DNA from: Paraphysomonas bandaiensis
Taxonomy: Eukaryota > Protista > Chrysophyceae
Length of the DNA: 64,000 bases
Assembly (NCBI GenBank): GCA_965644295.1
Contig: CBFFRP010000028.1
Coordinates: 62,001 to 126,000, forward strand
Direction: 5' to 3'
Part shown: positions 34,857 to 48,310 of the stretch, piece by piece
Layout of the letters: each line of letters opens with the position of its first letter
Numbering within the stretch: position 1 is the first letter of the stretch
Made by a program: the position numbers and the translations under genes
The notes under the pieces: model-generated
Databases searched by the model: none
Seen by the model: only the letters and a program-made list of their open reading frames with translations
Told to the model about the DNA's origin: nothing

Positions 34857-37800
34857 ATGAGGTACAGGCCTCATGCGGAGAGCATCTCAATCCACAGCAG
34901 CAAGAAGCTTATCCCGGCCGATGTACAGGACATGAAAACCATATCAGCTGTAGAGCAATTAGATTCGAGTTGTTTAGACTCATTCAGGGGCCTTATTCGG
35001 TCTCTACCAACCCAAACATCGCTGAAGAAGAATGCCATTATAGCAAAGCGGAGCAGCGCATGGGGAGCGTTTTGGGATATTATGCAAGTAATATTTTCTG
35101 TTCTGGCGTGCGCACAATATATTGCGGAGACATATTCCTCCACTTATAGGGCGGCCGTGGTATACAACTTTTGCGAGTTGATTATCACTCAGTTCTTTCT
35201 GGTGGACTTCTTGTTCAATTGGTTCGTCTCAACCTCCTCCCGTCAGTACTTCATGTCAATGATGACCATAGTGGACATCGCTACCATAGTTCCTGTATAT
35301 GTGACATTAATATTGGGAGACAAAGGCGCTCCAAACCTTTCATTGTTACGTTTTGTGAGAATTCTTCGGCTCATTAGAATATTAAGGACATTCAAGTTGT
35401 TAGGTGGTATGAGTGGAATCAAACGGCAATTAATCACTCTCTCGTTAACTCTCCTAAGTCTAACTTTTATGGCCGCTGGGATTGTCCAAGTAGTGGAGAA
35501 CGATGTCAAGCAATTAACTTTTGATTGCCAGTATATCGGAAAAGATACGAACTATGAGCCCTCGTGTAACCGCCATATGCCCACATACTATGATGATTCG
35601 TGTGACTGTAGGGAGCATTCATGCAAAGCAGCGTACGTCAGCTCTGACTCCAAACATGAACCGTCACTCATTCGTTGCAACCAGCTTCCGTACTTCAATT
35701 GTTTTTACTTCATTGTCGTGACGATGGCGACAGTTGGGTACGGTGACATCGCCCCCTCAACTAATATATCTAAGACAGTTATCATCCTCTTCATCGTGAC
35801 ATCACTGATAGTTATTCCCATGCAAGTTAACAAGCTCACTCTTCTACTTTCCATGAGTTCGGCGTACCGCAGCAATTACGTACCACAGAGTCACGAGAAC
35901 CACGTTATTCTGTGCGGTCACGTCAACGACGGGTCGAAACTTGAACGTATATTCAAGGAATTCTTCCATCCTGATCGACGAATTCCCTCTGCTCCGGACT
36001 TTCACCTGGTTATTCTTTCACCTCTTGAACCTACAGAAGAGGTCAGGTCACTACTCGTGTCTCCCCTATTCGACAGCCGTGTTTCTTATATTATTGGGTC
36101 TGCCTTGTCTATGGAGGATCTACAACGAGTTCGTGCGGACATTGCGTCGGCCATGCTCTTTATTTGCAACATCGAGGTGCAATCACAGGAAGCATTCTTC
36201 GATGATGCCGCCACAGTTCTTCGTACTCTCTCGGTAAGCAATTTCAACTCAGACCTGGACTGCATGGTACAAGTTCTGCGACCGGAAGACAGGGATATTC
36301 TCAAAGACAGTGATGTCGATGTCATAATATGTCTAGATGAATTCAAGACCGCTATGCAAGCGAGAAATGCAATTTGTCCCGGCCTTTCTACTTTTGTGGA
36401 GAACATATTCCATAGCTTTGGTCATCCCGCTTACCCACCCCAGCAGGACGAAAATTGGCTGAATGAATATGTCCATGGGGCACGAATGGAACTCTATTAT
36501 GTACCTCTTCAGAGCTTGTTCCTGGAAGCGCTTCACTTTGATTGGAACTTGGTGGTGGAAGCTATTTATGTTGAATTCGGGCGCATCATGGTAGGGGTGT
36601 GCAGCATAGAGAACCATTCCGTGGTTCTGAATCCTGGTGCTCAAGAGATGAGCAAATACTGCGATCCTGAAGAATTTTTCAATATCCACGATGTCGGAAT
36701 GCTCCTAGCCAGCAATCAAGCGGAAGCCAGTGCTGTCGCCTCATATATAGCGGACCAGGCTGGTCTTGACAAGATAACAATTGAACTTTTAAAGGCGGAA
36801 GCGGAATTTGCAGTTCGACGTATGCCGGATGACAATGGGGAAAATCGAAGCGTTGGCATATCGTCTCTTGGAAAATATTCGCTTAATACGCAACGTAAAA
36901 AAGTGGAAAAATCTTTCAAGGACATTCTCACTTACACTAAACTGGCCCCGAAGTCTGTGTGGAGCCACCGAGGCGAGGATGATCTCTCCCTTCCGGTGGA
37001 AAAGAACCCGGCAGTGGTAAATCCAGCACGTTCACGGGATTACAGCACTGGCAGCATATCCACTCCTGGACGTCGCCCCGGCGCCCCAAGGAGCAATAGT
37101 GAGACAGGAGGACATAACCTTGTGAAGAAGGGTTCTGAGAGTGAACATCTATACTCCGATACAGGAGCTATTATGGATGTGGACATTCCTGCTGGTTTTG
37201 GGCAGCCATCACAGCAAATTGTTGATGCGTCGAGATTGTCCGACCACATTATTGTCTTCGGCTGTGTGGACTACATTCACCTTTTTGTGAATGAGTTGCG
37301 ACGCCCCCTGATACGGGGAAACTCTTATCGATCAATAGTAATCGTGAATGAATTCGAGCCACATAGATGGACTGCAATCCAGCAGAGGTTCAACGATGTC
37401 TACTTTCTAGAGGAAATCATGACCACAAGTCAGGGATTTAACGCATCCAACGTGCGGGACGCTTGTGCTGTGATTCTGTTGGCATCGCGAGACAGTGTGA
37501 CGATGGTAGAAGAGGAGAATTTGGACGCAGAAACACTCTTTGCTTACTTGAAACTAGAGAGGTATATTCCTCGACATGTATTTTTCACTGTCGAGCTCAC
37601 GTGTGCGAACAACATGGCGGTACTTAACTCCACAATTATGCGACGTACAAGAGGCTTGTCTATCAACGCAAAGAATATAAAAAGCAAGCACACCAACGAC
37701 TTGGCTTTTAATAAAAAACCTATACAGGTACCTGTGAAGAGTGATATCGTAGAGCACACACAGGTCCGTGGCACGTTTAGCAGTCAAAGAAAGGTGGCTA

Positions 37801-38792
37801 TATCCCAGATGGATAGTCAAAACAAAGAATTGAGGAATCTCTTGAGGTCGAATCCAGGGAGACGAATGAGCTCTATCAAAGTTCGTGATTTACCAACTTT
37901 CAAAGAGGAAGAGGTGATTAAATTAACTCTGTTGGTATCCTCTTATAACTTCTAGTAACAGAAAAAGAAAATGAATCTTGCTCGTAGTTTTTGGGACGTC
38001 GCAGGTACTCATCATACACTGCCAGTTTTCGCGGCAGGGCGCTCGTATGTGCCCTCAATCTTTGACTCACTGCTGTGTCAGGTACGCAGTAACTACGTAC
38101 CTTAATTATATGACTAACTTTATATTCAGAGTTTTTTCGCTTCCCTTTCTCCTGTTCTTTGTGAAAAAATTGTTTGCGGTCAAACGAACCAGACCATCTA
38201 TCAAGAAGCCTTGCCGTCCAACTTTGTCGGGCAAATATTTTTGAACGTGTTTCGAGCATTTCAATCACGCAATGTAGCAGTTTTTCCCAAACATTGTAGT
38301 TGTTTATAACTATTTTTGTAGGTTTTAGTATTGGGCCTATATCGATCTGCTATGACGACCACGGAGGCAGTGCTCCCGTATGTGTATACAAGCCCGTGGC
38401 CGGAAGCGGTGCTGCGAAGTCACGATAGACTATTTCTCTTTGGGCACCCTGCCATTATACGTGCAGCTTTGAATGAATTTAGGACACCATTTTCCCGAGA
38501 CGGCAAAGGGCAGCTTGGACTGAACTCAGGTATCCCACTGAACAAACTTGCTTCGATACGTCAATCTGTGCTTGGTAACCTCCAAGGACGTCCTTCTAAA
38601 GTTATAATGGAGGAAGAAAAAGATGCGTTGGAAGCACTTCAGAAAAAAATAATAGGAGTAAATGGCAATACACCGAAACAATATGGCTGGAAGGCATACG
38701 GCGACCGTTTAGAGTCATACGCGACTGTAATCCAAGCAATGTATAGAGGATACGCTTTGCGACGAAGACTGAAAAAGTTCAATAAATCATAG
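34857..38792 (+). CDS. Slo/BK-family potassium channel with RCK domains and C-terminal IQ motif (multi-exon)
   Basis: S4 LRFVRILRLIRILR; pore TMATVGYGD; RCK1 HVILCG; RCK2 DHIIVFG; PVFAAG...FDSLLCQ; PYVYTSP; IQAMYRGYALRR. Confidence 0.92.
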
Positions 38793-39189
38793 TTCTATAA
38801 TATCGCACATTTTATGTTGTAAATTTATAGCGTGTGACACTTCGCACGGCTTATTAGAGCAGAGTGATTGCGATAGATTTTATCATTTTGTTTTTGAGAT
38901 TAATGTCGTACTAAATTAAAGTTATACAGTATTGCTACATTATCTGAGGTAGATTCGGTACACATAAGTGTGCAGAATGCACAAATGTTCTGTCTATATG
39001 ATGTTACATATTGTGTGATACTGTTATAGGAGTCGCCATTGCAATTTGTTAGCTTGTAAGAGTGAGCATGCATAAACTTGTAAAGTGCAGTGCTCTATTT
39101 AGTAGTGAATGTCTGATTATTAGCAAAAGGCGTTTAAGAGTCAGAAAAAATTCAGCATCACAATTTAACTAACTAGGGCTTAACTCTGA

Positions 39190-39264
39190 TATCCTACTAT
39201 CTACTATTTAACGCTATGAAAGTTGCTAGTACGACACCGCAAGCACCAAGGTCCGACCACTTTC
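39190..39264 (-). repeat. Dispersed repeat family, copy C (tail only, degenerate)
   Basis: Reverse complement gtggtcggaccttggtgcttgcgg...tagcgttaaatagtagatagtaggata matches 16715-16778. Confidence 0.75.
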
Positions 39265-39694
39265 TATCTGGAGCATTGTGGTGCTTTTCACTGATGTGCC
39301 CCTGGTGTCTTCCTTGCTCCTCTAAATATTGTGGGGTTCAACGCTGTGAAACGAAGGAGGCAGTGGAGCTTTCCTATTCTCAGTAGAGGAGTCTGCTGCC
39401 TGTATACATTGGTTGCAATCATAAGTGATGGGTAGAGTCTATGCTATCCTGTTTGAATGGATAACATTTACATTAACACATCTAGTCTATCCGTCCTCAT
39501 AGATTTATCTGAATTACTTAAAGTTAAAGTTAAGAGTCGAGTGATCTTACTTGCTCGTATTCAGACAAAAACGCTTTGGTAATGAATATTATCAATTATG
39601 CTTATAAAACATTTCCTTCCCGTTCCATACGAATAAACACAGTTACGTATACTAAAAAGCAAACCAGCTTGATAGGGTCGTCGTGCATCGACAT

Positions 39695-41421
39695 CTACGC
39701 AATAATTTCAATGTTTTCGTTTTTTGACTCCTTGAAATACGATATCGCCGTCTCCCGGGCTGTCAAATTCTTTTGAAGCCAAATACTTATAGGCACACAA
39801 CCTTGGTACAATGACGGGTAGGCTGCTGCATCGAATACATTCGTAGCCTCACAATATGCCCTGATATTCGCAGCACTAGCCTCTGACTGCACAGTGGATT
39901 CACTCTGGGGATTGTAGTTGAAGGCATCACTGGTCAGAGAATCCAATACAGTCTGTATATTATTATAGTTAACCCACACCATAAACTTACTCCAACATAC
40001 AGACCTGCTTGAGAGCATCCCACGATATATCTTTACAAGGATCTCTCATACTGTTGGGTTCTATGCCAACCAAACAACCGGTGGCAAAGAACAAGGAGCT
40101 GACGACTGCTGGTGGAGGGAGCACGTGGTCCTTCAGAGAGGCCGTCGCTGTTCTGATCGGTGCATTAATCACATTCTGTGTCCAGTAAAGCGCACGAGAT
40201 ATTGCCTCCTTCATCGGACCCAACTCTGCCTTTTCCTCTTCGTCTAAAGCTCCGACTGCCTCATTTGCAGCTGCATAGGATTTAGATTACATATAACGAA
40301 ACAGCACACTTTAATGACCTACCTTCATCCTCCGCAGCCTTCAAACCCTCCATTGACTCCGTAATTGGAGGAATTAACGGACGGATGGCGTCCAGACTCT
40401 TAACATTGTCTTCGTACATCTTACTTTCAATAGAAACGAATGTTGATATCATCTTCTCACACACACTCTGAGCGATTTCCACATCTTTTGGCTGTAGCAA
40501 AACAGAAATTATACAGCCAAGTAAATATGCAGACTACATTACCTGGAAGCAGCGATATTTACCGATTGTATCCATTGATAGTATCAATTCTGTGTTGACT
40601 TTATTCATGTTGTACAACGGCTGTCCGTCTTCATCGTATGTCAACGTACACCCATTTTCGTGATCCACTGACTCGAAAGATAGGGGGATTACAACCAATG
40701 CACCAAGCTTAGGAATACCAAAAAATTTAATGCGGTCATCACGAACAACATTGTCGATGTTAAGTGGGCTTGGTTTGGGTACAGGTTTGGGGGGTGGCTC
40801 TTCTCCTTCTGGAACTTCCACCTCCTCTTCCTCTGGAAGTTCTGGCAGTTTTAAGGCATCAAAACTAAGTCCCTTACGTACTGGGGGTTCTTCAGCATCC
40901 TCAGGTTGCTTAATGATTTTATTTCCAATGCAGTGTTGCTGGCCATCACTGGCGGCAATATAATTTAGGGACTCCACTTCGGCCCCAACCCTCTTAATGG
41001 CAATATAAGCGGCGGGGATATTCAAGTAATCACAAAGAAAGTTCACAGTACGAGACATAGCCTCATGCTTAGAGTGAGATAGCGAAGAAAGAGTATCAAT
41101 GAAACTTTGCAGTCTATTTATTCGTTCCTCCTCCTTACTTCTAATCTCAGCATTAGCAATTTCTCGTGTGAGTTCCGCATCACGATGCTCACGAGCTTTC
41201 GCCTCGATCTCTTCGTATCTTTTCAAAGTCTATGAAATGTTAGAGATATACACATACAACTCCACATATAATACCTTTTCTTTTACTTGTTTCCTCTCAA
41301 CATATTGCAAAAGGTACTTGCCGACATATTCAATTCCATCCTCAGGAAGATTAACAGCCATAGAGGCGAGTGCCTCGATTAAGGCATCATTAATATTTTC
41401 TCTCAGATACTGGGCATCCAT
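39695..41421 (-). CDS. Dpy-30-motif protein with GAF-like domain, probably flagellar (multi-exon)
   Basis: MDAQYLRENINDALIEALASMAVNLPEDGIEYVGKYLLQYV is a Dpy-30 motif; GAF-like AAYIA...GLSF...NVVRDDRIKFF...VVIPL. Confidence 0.75.
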
Positions 41422-41948
41422 GATGGTTGATCCCAACTTATGTCTGAATGTGAACGCTATTAATTCCTCATTGACAGGCGCAGACATACACTCCACAGTT
41501 GCATGAAGACTCACACATACACATATACACTATACGTAACGTGCATATACGCTGCCTGAGTCCCTGTACATGTACATAGATACACACACACACACTGCCA
41601 TACACAAAAAAAAGAAACCGTTTCAGAATAGGAAAAAATCATGCAATTGAAACTGCCCCACAAAAAAACAAACAGTGGAATTGTCAGTCATTTTTGTGGA
41701 GGAGTGGAGTGTAAAGTATGAGGAGGCCCGTACTGCAGTGTGTCGTTAATATGGAGTGGGGGTCCCTTTCACAACTATGCAGAGCTTACTATCTATTGCA
41801 TCATGACTTACTTCCCCTATAAATCTACTCACTGATTGACATCTCTTGCTAAGTTGTAGTTGGTGTTGTGGTCGATCTATCTAAGCGGTGATTTCAGTTC
41901 TGCTTAATCCAGGATATCACTAAAGTATATAAGCTGAACAGTGCGACA

Positions 41949-44351
41949 ATGTCATATACAAGGACTGTAGAGTCGCGGGCATATGACAGCCATTATGATC
42001 CTGTGTATACAGGGCCGTATAATCATATTCAGACCGATCCGAGGGTGGCTGCTGCGGTTTCTTCGACCAACGCTGTGTCTGGAAGCTCTCGGTTCATGTA
42101 TTTCAGGCGGCCTGTCATGCCCCGCATCAGCGCTATACCCCCGCAGGTACTGCTGGCACCAACTACTGCCGATGATCCTTTATTACCGGTTGAAGAGGAT
42201 CCTGAGCCGCTGACAAAGACGGTGGAAGTACAAACTGTGTATAGAGAGAGTGAAGCCCAAACAGTGCCTTATTCTCCTGAGTACGTTCTAGAGGATGGTG
42301 CAGATCCCGAAGTATTGATGCTTCAAGGCCTTACTCACGCCAACGGACTTCCGGCTGGATTAAAAGAGCTAGAGATGATTGAACATGCGCGAATAAAGAG
42401 AGATCTTGAGAATAATATGTTGCCGTTTACTGACGAAGCATGTTTTGTTGTGCGGAAAACAATGATGGAAACCCAGGAGCTCAGAGAGTTTCAGTTACGC
42501 GAAGCTGAAGTAGAAGCCCAGAGAGATCTTCGCTTAGCTACATTACAGCGTGCCTTGAATGAGAGAGAGGAGAGTGCGGAGTTTCTTGCATCGCAAAGGG
42601 TGGAAGCTATTAGGCAATCTCGAATGGATGCGCGCGAGAAAACTCTGCAGAAAATACGGAAGAAGCGTATAAATGTGCTTCGTAAGTTGGCTCGAAAACG
42701 GAATACGGTCGATCCAGTTCTCAGTAACTCTGCGAAGCGAGACGTTATTAATGACTATTTCGATCGAGGATCAGAAGTGTATGCTCCACAGAAGCGTGGG
42801 GGTCGCAATGCTGCACCTGATGGCTCTCGCTTCGATACTGTGGGTCGCACGGCTCCTCTTAATATTCTTTCCAACGTAGATGATCTTGAATCGAGCATTC
42901 CTCGCCACTTTACCACAGTCAAAACAAAGGCACCAACTTTCATTGCAACGGGTGGCCCGGGTGCGGAGCAAGTACTAATGTCCAAGACCGCCCCACTGGT
43001 CGGTCCAGGGGGTGGAAGGGCTGCAGTACATCGCCTGACATCCGCCGGTCACAGGTCTGTTAGAAACACTAAGAAAGATGTGGAGACAATGCACACAATT
43101 CTTACTAAAAAGAGATTGGCCCGTACAGGGGAGCACACCGGCGTTGTCACAGAGGACCAGAGTGCGACTGGTACAGGGTCGGGCGTGCAAAAGACTCAGG
43201 CAGACCATCCTGCTGAAGGCACCACGGAGAATATACAGGAGAACGGACCTGCTACATCACCCTCTCACAGACCTTCATTACTCAGTCGAAAACCGAAGGG
43301 CCGTCCACGTACCCCTGATTTCACCACATCGCATCGAAGCGAAGATGATAACCACGCTCTCTATTCCTCTTTGGTTCTACTTCAGCGTCTAATTCGTGGA
43401 AGAGCCGTGCAGAATACGATGTTTGAAGGACGGTACCGCAGAGCTGAGCTGATCTCTGAGTTGAGAGCGGCGGACGAGTACAAACAGGTTCTCGAAGAGA
43501 GCGAAGAAGAGCAGCAAGAAATTGAGAAAGCGAAGTGGGATGAGACAATTGAAGAAGTGAGGACATCTACTATGGATGCGGTCACTGGTGCCGTTGCCTC
43601 TAATACACTGGTGTTGCTGACTCAGGAGAAGGTGTACTATGACATCCTTTAACTCGATGTAGCATCATTAATGTTTTCTTTGTTTATAGGAGAGAGAAGA
43701 AGTTCTCCAACAAATGCAAGAAATAGCTGATGCTGCCAAAGAAGAACGCATCAAGAGGGAAATTGCTGAGGCTGGAAGGAGACAGCGTGAAGGTGTACAA
43801 GGGTTGACAGAGTACACCACGAAAAAGCCAGAGCCAGAGCCAGAGCCCGCACCTGAAGTGGACGCTGGCCTAGCCGCAGCAGTCACACCGATGACACTAG
43901 AGTTTGCGGATATCGTGATATCGACTGCAGCTGAAAAGGTAGTGGATTGGAATTGCCTGGTCACTATGTCACAGTATTCCTTAGGTTGCTGCGGACGAAG
44001 TGTTAAGCCACATAGAAAATTATCCATCGCTCGTAGAGTCTTTTAAAAACGCGAAGTCAAGGTATTGTGGTGTCCAACTCTGCAACATGCGCTGATGATT
44101 TTCACAGTGAGGAGCAAGAAGAAATATGTCGCGATTTGATTCAAGCTCTATCTACCCCACGGCCAGATGGACGGGGTATATTTAGTCCGGAGGACACGGC
44201 AGTGAGAGCACAACATGGTAGTGGAGACTTACCAGATGCTTCGACATGGAGTAATGACACTCCGGGAACAGCAGGTTTTGAGGAGTCGAGAGCGGCTAAA
44301 GAAGATTTATTTACCTCTGTGTTGGCTAGACTAAGAGGAATTCTTGAATAA
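41949..44351 (+). CDS. CFAP91: Cilia- and flagella-associated protein 91 (multi-exon)
   Basis: VQTVYRESEAQTVPYSPEY, GLPAGLKELEMIEHAR, LQRLIRGRAVQNTMFEGR, EAGRRQRE. Confidence 0.9.
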
Positions 44352-45180
44352 TGCATTGTACGTCGTGAAACTGTGGCCCCATATTGATAGCCCGTGATAT
44401 TGCGAAACTATGAACTGAGTATCACCTTCCAGATGGGTTGCATTTGTGTTTAAAACTATAGCACTGCAACCTAGATCGCAGGAGATACTGAGGCAAACTG
44501 TTATCAAATATAATAATATATATCTTTTTGTTGGCGTTAAGTGGAGTTATATTATTAAACAGATCGATATCAGTATTATGCCTCAATCTCCCTGAAACTT
44601 CCTGTCAATGGTTGGATATCTCTGATCTCTGCCATTGTGTAGTTAATCCAAAAGCATACTGGCATCGGCGTCATGGAGCATGTAACCTCCCACAGTAAGT
44701 TTGCGTCATTGCCAAGGTTAGATTTCAGCAGTAATATATATTATATATTAAAAAATGTATGTAGTTATTGTGGTAATGTGATGGTGTGTGTAGTCAATGT
44801 TCGTAGCTATCGCGGATGAGCTTAAGCTTATATTGTAATATAAAACTGTATCTAACGTGTAACGTCATTAACTATCGTTTTGATAGCCCTGACCCAAACC
44901 ATCATTGCGTTGACCCAGGCAGCACTAGCAACCCCTGAGGCTTTTTATACAGACACTTTAAACACGATTATTAAATAAGAACACTCGCATTGAGCATGGT
45001 AACGATAGGTGAAACGTGTATTAATGCCTCCTCATAAAGGAAAAGTGAGAAATAAAGTAAAATTAAGTTTTTACAGGAAATCATGTCAATTCTATTCTAA
45101 CAGTTTATGGACAGTCGATCATGTCGCCCGTGAATCATACACATCATACGGTTAACCACGCTTTACTCGACTACCCCTCC

Positions 45181-45502
45181 TTATTTTGTTTTCTGGAGGC
45201 TTTCTTTCATCTTCTGGTCCATCACATCTTGTATTTCCTGTGGCCTCTCAGAATCGAATAATCCATGACCAGTCTTTACATCTGCAAAAAAACACGATAA
45301 TTATACTGTAATGCAACACTATTCGAATATATACTTGGACGAGATTTGAACCCAAACGCCATGTAATAAGTCATCGTAATAATTGCTGTGACTGAGATAA
45401 AGACCTGACGATAAACGAACAACAGAAATTACTACAAAAGAAATGAAAACGCAGCACGAGAACACTCACAGTCCTGTTTTCGCTGCTCTTAAATAGTTTC
45501 AT
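45181..45502 (-). CDS. 67-aa single-TM microprotein, 3 exons (45470-45502, 45335-45404, 45181-45281); not in ORF track
   Basis: GTGAGT..CAG (65 nt) and GTATAT..CAG (53 nt) introns give MKLFKSSENRTVFISVTAIITMTYYMAFGFKSRPNVKTGHGLFDSERPQEIQDVMDQKMKESLQKTK*. Confidence 0.75.
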
Positions 45503-45752
45503 TATTCCCTAACTACAGGGGCTCTAGTTAACGGCGTATTAATTTAGTGTAGTTGAGTGTGTTTGCTATGAAGTCAGCCGTTCATTGATCACTCATGCCC
45601 ATACCACTGCTAGTATATACACTGTGGGAATCCGACTGTTTGTTGTCGAACAGGCCAAAAAACCATGGTTTTATGTTTTATTATGTTGTACAAAAAAGGG
45701 TGATTTTTCGCCTGATCAACATGCAGAGTATTCCAGACAGACAGGCGATCTA

Positions 45753-47177
45753 ATGTGTGCTACAGTTGTTGAGAGTGATATGTTGGAGGAGTTCCTCAGC
45801 ATGCAGAGATTGGACATACCTTGCCATTGCGATGTTTTGATAGTAGGGTGTGGGGTAGCAGGGGCAGCAGCCGCCTACCATCTATCACAACAAAATGATT
45901 GTACCAATGTAGTTGTTTTGGAAGCGGGTGCGGTGGGGCGGGGATCAGATACTGAGACTATGCCTTGTGCACATCGCAGTGGGAGCTCTACCATGCAGAG
46001 TGTAGGTCGAATTAAAATGACTACTCGGCTTTACGCGTGTACCAGTGAAAAGTTCGTCGAGCTCCATGGAGTAGAAGGGGCGAGGCGCTACCTCAAAATG
46101 TCGGATATGGGTATAACCATTCAGAAATCACTGGCAACTAAAGTTACTCTCAGCAGTAGTGATATTATACGCACCAATGGATCATTATACCTTGCTACCA
46201 AAGAAAACATTTCTGACATGGAGAATGAGTTTCGTTTGTTGAGAGCCTTTGGTTGCAATGATATTGAGTGGATGTCCAAGGAGCAGCTGGCAGATACTCC
46301 CGGTTGCCCAGCAGAATTCGAGTGTGGAATATTCTTCCCAGGGGACACAATCATTGATTCAGAAGAGTATGCGCGATGCTTGATTCGGGCCGCGGTATCC
46401 ACAGGACGGGTGGCATTGTATGAAAACTCTCCTCCCGTAGTACGTACATTCACTGAGGGAGATATCGCGCTCACAGAGCTTTCAACTGGCGCCCGAATTG
46501 CAAGTAAGCATGTTGTCATGGCCACTGGAGGTCTGCTATCTGAGAGCTCCTTGGCGGGAATCATGACACCATGTTGGTCGTACCTCGTAAGTTTGCCACA
46601 TCCATCCCTGTCAACATCACAGTCGAATGAATCACCACTCCCTGGTGGTGTACCAATGGACTCACCAAATATGTGGACGTGGGGATTTGCATTTGACTGG
46701 TGCTGGACTGATGGTCATCTTCGGGTGAGTGGAGAGGACGGGCATAGTGCCATGAAGCCACCCCATGCAGAAACCCGTTGCCAGATCTTGGAGGCATGGG
46801 CTAAACATCAATACTCCACGGTGTTTGACCTCTCGCAAATGTCTCATGCTTCCACGAAGAGTTCGGATATTTCATATGGTGTATACTCAGATATTCCAGA
46901 TATGGTATGCCAAGTCTATCTCCAATTTCTTGTCATAATACTCTGTATATAGTTACCTCTCGTTGGACATCCTACTCGTTGCAGTCGAATATGTTACTTG
47001 CTAGGATGTAATGCTATGGGCCAGGCCGTTCTGTCGTATGCCGCCACCCTGGTTCCAGGCCTTCTTGGCTATGGTCCTACACTGAGTGATGAGCAATATG
47101 ATATGCTCTCCCTCCTCACTATTCGTAGGTTCCAATTCCTTCCAGTGGTAGCCAACAGAAAGTGTAGACACATATGA
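45753..47177 (+). CDS. FAD-dependent oxidoreductase, DAO/glycine-oxidase family (2 exons)
   Basis: DVLIVGCGVAGAAAAYHL, VVMATGG, GVYSDIPDM|LPLVG, LLGCNAMG. Start codon is uncertain. Confidence 0.85.
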
Positions 47178-48310
47178 CAGATATTGATTTTTCATTTTAC
47201 AGCAAAAGAATTATAGAGTGTTTAATTTTTTTCCTATGTAACATGCTTTGATCCAATTATTTTATGATCTGTGTATGTTATCATTTCTATAAGATATAAG
47301 TATCTGTGGTAGAAAGTCGTACGTCACATAAGTGATGCGTTGTATGATATATATTTTATGGTGCTGTTATACTACTTCTCTTTACCATACACATCTGTTC
47401 AGATTAGTATCAGTGCTTTTCTTTTTTTAAATAGTAACTTGGGTATTCACTTTGGTATCTATTATCAACTGCATTTACACCTTTATACACAGACTTGCAA
47501 AAACAACATCGCTGACAGTGACAGCCCCAAGTTGTAATACAATGCTATCAAAAAAGCATAAAATATACTGATCGCTTTACATTGTAAAGTACCGAAAGCT
47601 GCACATTGAAGGTCAAGTTGTTGGTGTTATCAGTGTGCGCAGTGTGGTCTCATTCAACCAGATTTCATCTTCCTCTCAGTGGGCGTTTGTATGAACAACT
47701 CTGTTCCTATTTTCGTGGAGGTCATCGAACAAACCACTGGGTGGCTTGAAATATGCTAGCATTCCTTCATCAGCATATTGGAGTGCACGTATGAACAATA
47801 CAATGACAACCTGATTTTCCATTCTTTCGTCCATTGTTTCAGAAACATGCAACTTAATTCGCATTGTTACTTACGACAGAGCGATGAAACAGTTTTCTTG
47901 AAAGCAACACAACTTTCGAGATTTGAATTGCTGCTCGCTTCGTATTCTTATCGACGTCAGAAAAGCTATTCATAGCGCTTCGGGCTTGTGTCATAGTTGA
48001 TCGATATTATTCGTATCACTTGCTCACCTCTGCCAGCTTGCAATGAATGCTAGAACAAGAGTGTCACGCCCTGACATTGCAAGGAAGGGATATATATGAT
48101 ACGTATTGTAGCAAAATATCCTATTTTTATGTTTGCAGCCCCGTATATGTACTACAATTCCTTGCTTTCTACCTATTTTCTACCGACTTTTAGCTAAAAT
48201 TCTCTTAGTGGATTGTTGGTGTGGAAATATACAGTAGTTTACGCCTGTAAGATGTGGTTATTGTTGTTAACCTCAACCTTATAGTCATCACAGTTATTTC
48301 ACAAGTGAAA

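Noticed and set aside
47600-47990. Coding-like composition with short ORFs
   Set aside because: Stops interrupt the frames I tried and no family motif was recognisable; at most a decayed relic.
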